64,000 nt of DNA from Schmidtea nova (Eukaryota), in assembly GCA_044892505.1 (NCBI GenBank), contig CM097882.1:499596001-499660000 (forward strand), read 5' to 3'. The notes under the pieces are model-generated. The model had not been told where the DNA came from and did not search any database. It saw only the letters and a program-made list of their open reading frames with translations. Position 1 is the stretch's first letter. Every line of letters begins with the position of its first letter. The translations under genes were made by a program, and so were the position numbers. Shown one piece after another: positions 61,439-64,000 of this stretch.

Positions 61439-64000
61439 CAGGGCCGGATTAAGCAGTTTTGACGCCCTAAGCCAAAAGAATTTCGAGGCCCTCCATGAAA
61501 AATATAAACCCAACAGTTTGTTGTATAAAGTAAAGTATTCCAAAGAATAAAAAAAATTTATTGGATTACTTGCTTTCGAGATTTTACTAATGCAAAATCA
61601 TCGATGATATCATCAAATGTTAATGATCGTAGCACTTCATGCTCGATTGATAAAAGACTTAATGACGCTAGTCTTTCTTGAGCCATTGTGCATCGCAATT
61701 CATCCTTAATACTCTTCAACTTTGAGAATGATCGTTCTCTTGAACAGTTTGTCAGCATTAGGCAGAGAAAAATGCGCAGAAGAACTTCGATGTTGGGGAA
61801 GGCACACTGAATTCCGTCCTGTATAATGATGGCGTACATCTTTTGATGCGTCAGCATCGTCACTTTCTTACTTTCTGCATGCAACAAAATGAAAGATAAA
61901 GATAGGGAAAATAAAAAAAATGTCGAGAAACTGCAAAAATCAAAGCATATTTAAACAATTTACCAGCATTCATGATGACAGAAGAAGTGTGGCTTCGTGC
62001 TTTCACATGCTGATGAAACTGCTCAAGTTCTGCAGCCAGGTTATTAGGTTATTGTCAATGTCACCTGAGTAGACGTTCACCAAATTCATCACACATGCAT
62101 CCCGTTGATTTTTAGGAAGGTCAAGTTGCGTTATAAAATCGAATTCAGAGGCCACCTTTTTGTACACTCTGGCTCTTACTTGTAGATTTGTAGAAAGGGC
62201 ATCAACGATGGGCAGAAAAGCAGTGAAACGAAACTTATCTCTAGGGGAGAAATGATGCTCGGGTGCGTCCCCATCAATTGACTGTTGCTTTCTAATACGC
62301 ACTCGTTTTGCTGCGCAGCGATATACCACCCCAGGTAAACGGTCTTTCGCATTGTTCTCATATTTGTCAAACTGGTCGTGAACATTCGCCACATATTGCT
62401 GTAGTGACTCATAGAGACCCGCACAAGTGCTGAGAGACACCTTCTCCGCCTGTAAATGGAGAGGACTGAGAGGTAAACAGACATAAATGATTTTCAATTA
62501 TTTTCTATATTTATTCAATAGTATTCCCACAACATAAATACATGTAGTGTTTTACTTGTGTCATGAAAGCGCTGAAGGACCTCATCCCAAAACTCCAGCA
62601 TCAGCGAAAACTCGAGTTCTTGCATCTTCTCGCTAAGACTCTTTGCCTGCAGTCTTGCGTCTCCTTTCTCGTTCCTGTCTTCATGAATGGCATCCAGGGT
62701 GTCTATAATCAGGGAATACCCTTGTTTCACCGCAGAAATGGCATTGGCGTGGGCTTCCCATCGCGTGTCTGAAAGGCACTTCACAACAGCTGAATCATGT
62801 AAATGAGAAACAAGGATTGCCCAACGTTGTGTAGAAGCCGAGAAGAATGTCTATATGTTCTGTACAATACTGAAGAAGTTGACTGCTTCCAGACAGCAGT
62901 CAGCGGCTGCGCGTCCAACAAGGTTCAAAGAGTGGACTGCACACAGAATGAACCTGACAAGCGGGTTTTTCTGCAAGATCATTTCTTGCATCCCTTTGTA
63001 GCGCCCGGATATATTCGCAGCATTGTCATAAGATTGACCACAACAGTTGGAAAAATCAATTTCGCAGCCATCGCAAAGATGGTTTAAGACCAATGTGGTT
63101 AGGCCTTCTCCTGTGTGATTTTCCATTGCGAGAAATGTCAGGAATCGTTCCACTGGTACTCCATCAGCCGGTGACACATACCGCAAAACGACTGTCAATT
63201 GGTCAACATGCGATCTGTCGGGTGTTGAATCCACAGACAGGGAGAAGTATCGTGCCTGCTTCAACTCAGCCAGGATGCATTTTAAAACCTTATTCGCCAT
63301 TAAGCAGATCATCTCTTCACAAATTGTTTTTGAGAGGTATGATGGATTTCCATAAAGGGGTCAAATTCCGCTACCAGTTCCATGATTTCTAAGTAATTGC
63401 CATTGTTTGGCAATCCAAAAGTCTCAGTGGTTCCATGGAATGCCAAACCGCGCTCAGTAAGAGTTTGTATGACAGCAACCACCCGCCGTAGCACATTTCT
63501 CCAGTAGGCTGCTTCATTCCAACATTGCTCCTCGGGTCTACTGTTAATCCCGCCACCACGACGACGCATAATGTAGGCCAGCATCGCACGTCGATGATCT
63601 TGTCCATGCTCGTGTAGCTGTAGAACAGTAAGATTTCTCCAGTTACTGAACCCACTGTTGGCCAGTGCTGCTGACGAGTGACTGAGTAGCTTGCAGACAA
63701 AGCAATATACACTTCCAGTTGATGGAGAATAAATGAGCCACTCACGTGGATACTTCTCACCATTGACTTTTACTGACTGGAAGACGCCAAGTGAGCATAA
63801 GCGACCTCGATTACCAAACTGACGGCGAGATGCTTCGAAAGGACCTTGTCAGTTTTGACATTCTTGTGGGCCTTTGTTAATCCAATACAAAATGTCCTCT
63901 TTAAATAGCACACCCCATTGTCCAGGATCGGTAACTGGAGTTGCTTTTGTCAAGGACATTGACGACTCCACAGATGTTGTTTCAAGTGCAGATTGAGTCA
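61439..64000 (-). mobile_element. hAT (Tip100 / ZMYM1-like) transposase element, frameshifted, runs off the window
   Basis: Terminus CAGGGCCGGATTAAG. Motifs YFSLSVDSTPDRSHVDQL, GQSYDNAANISG, CAVHSLNL, LSDTRWEAH and TNCSRERSFSKLKSIKDELRCTMAQERL. Confidence 0.92.

Noticed and set aside
1-64000. tRNA, rRNA or snRNA genes
   Set aside because: No cloverleaf, rRNA or snRNA signature recognised by eye. A tRNAscan-SE/Infernal run would be needed to exclude them.

Overview
AT-rich eukaryotic, animal-like genomic scaffold with N gaps and many microsatellites; the organism cannot be named from the sequence. I could reconstruct three host genes. (1) An apparently intact OMA1-type M48 metallopeptidase on +, 9153-26217, with at least 8 exons. 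(2) A strongly diverged tandem OMA1-like paralogue on +, 33672-43820, which may be truncated. (3) An intronless full-length PRP6/PRPF6 on -, 55971-58757. Most of the rest is transposon debris: Gypsy LTR remnants and solo LTRs, Penelope-like elements (PLE) with minimal hammerhead ribozymes, hAT, MULE, pogo and piggyBac derivatives, and a Polinton-type DNA polymerase B fragment. The most unusual object is a 7.2 kb region at 48280-55469, bounded by two related LTR-like sequences. It holds a decayed Gypsy gag-pol plus two host-like intronless ORFs: a CAF1-type deadenylase homologue between the PBS and gag, and an intact 360-aa ankyrin-repeat ORF antisense between integrase and the 3' LTR. A 3.9 kb orphan multi-ORF insertion (21941-25827) also deserves follow-up. 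All alignments and translations were done by eye, so boundaries marked approximate need computational confirmation.
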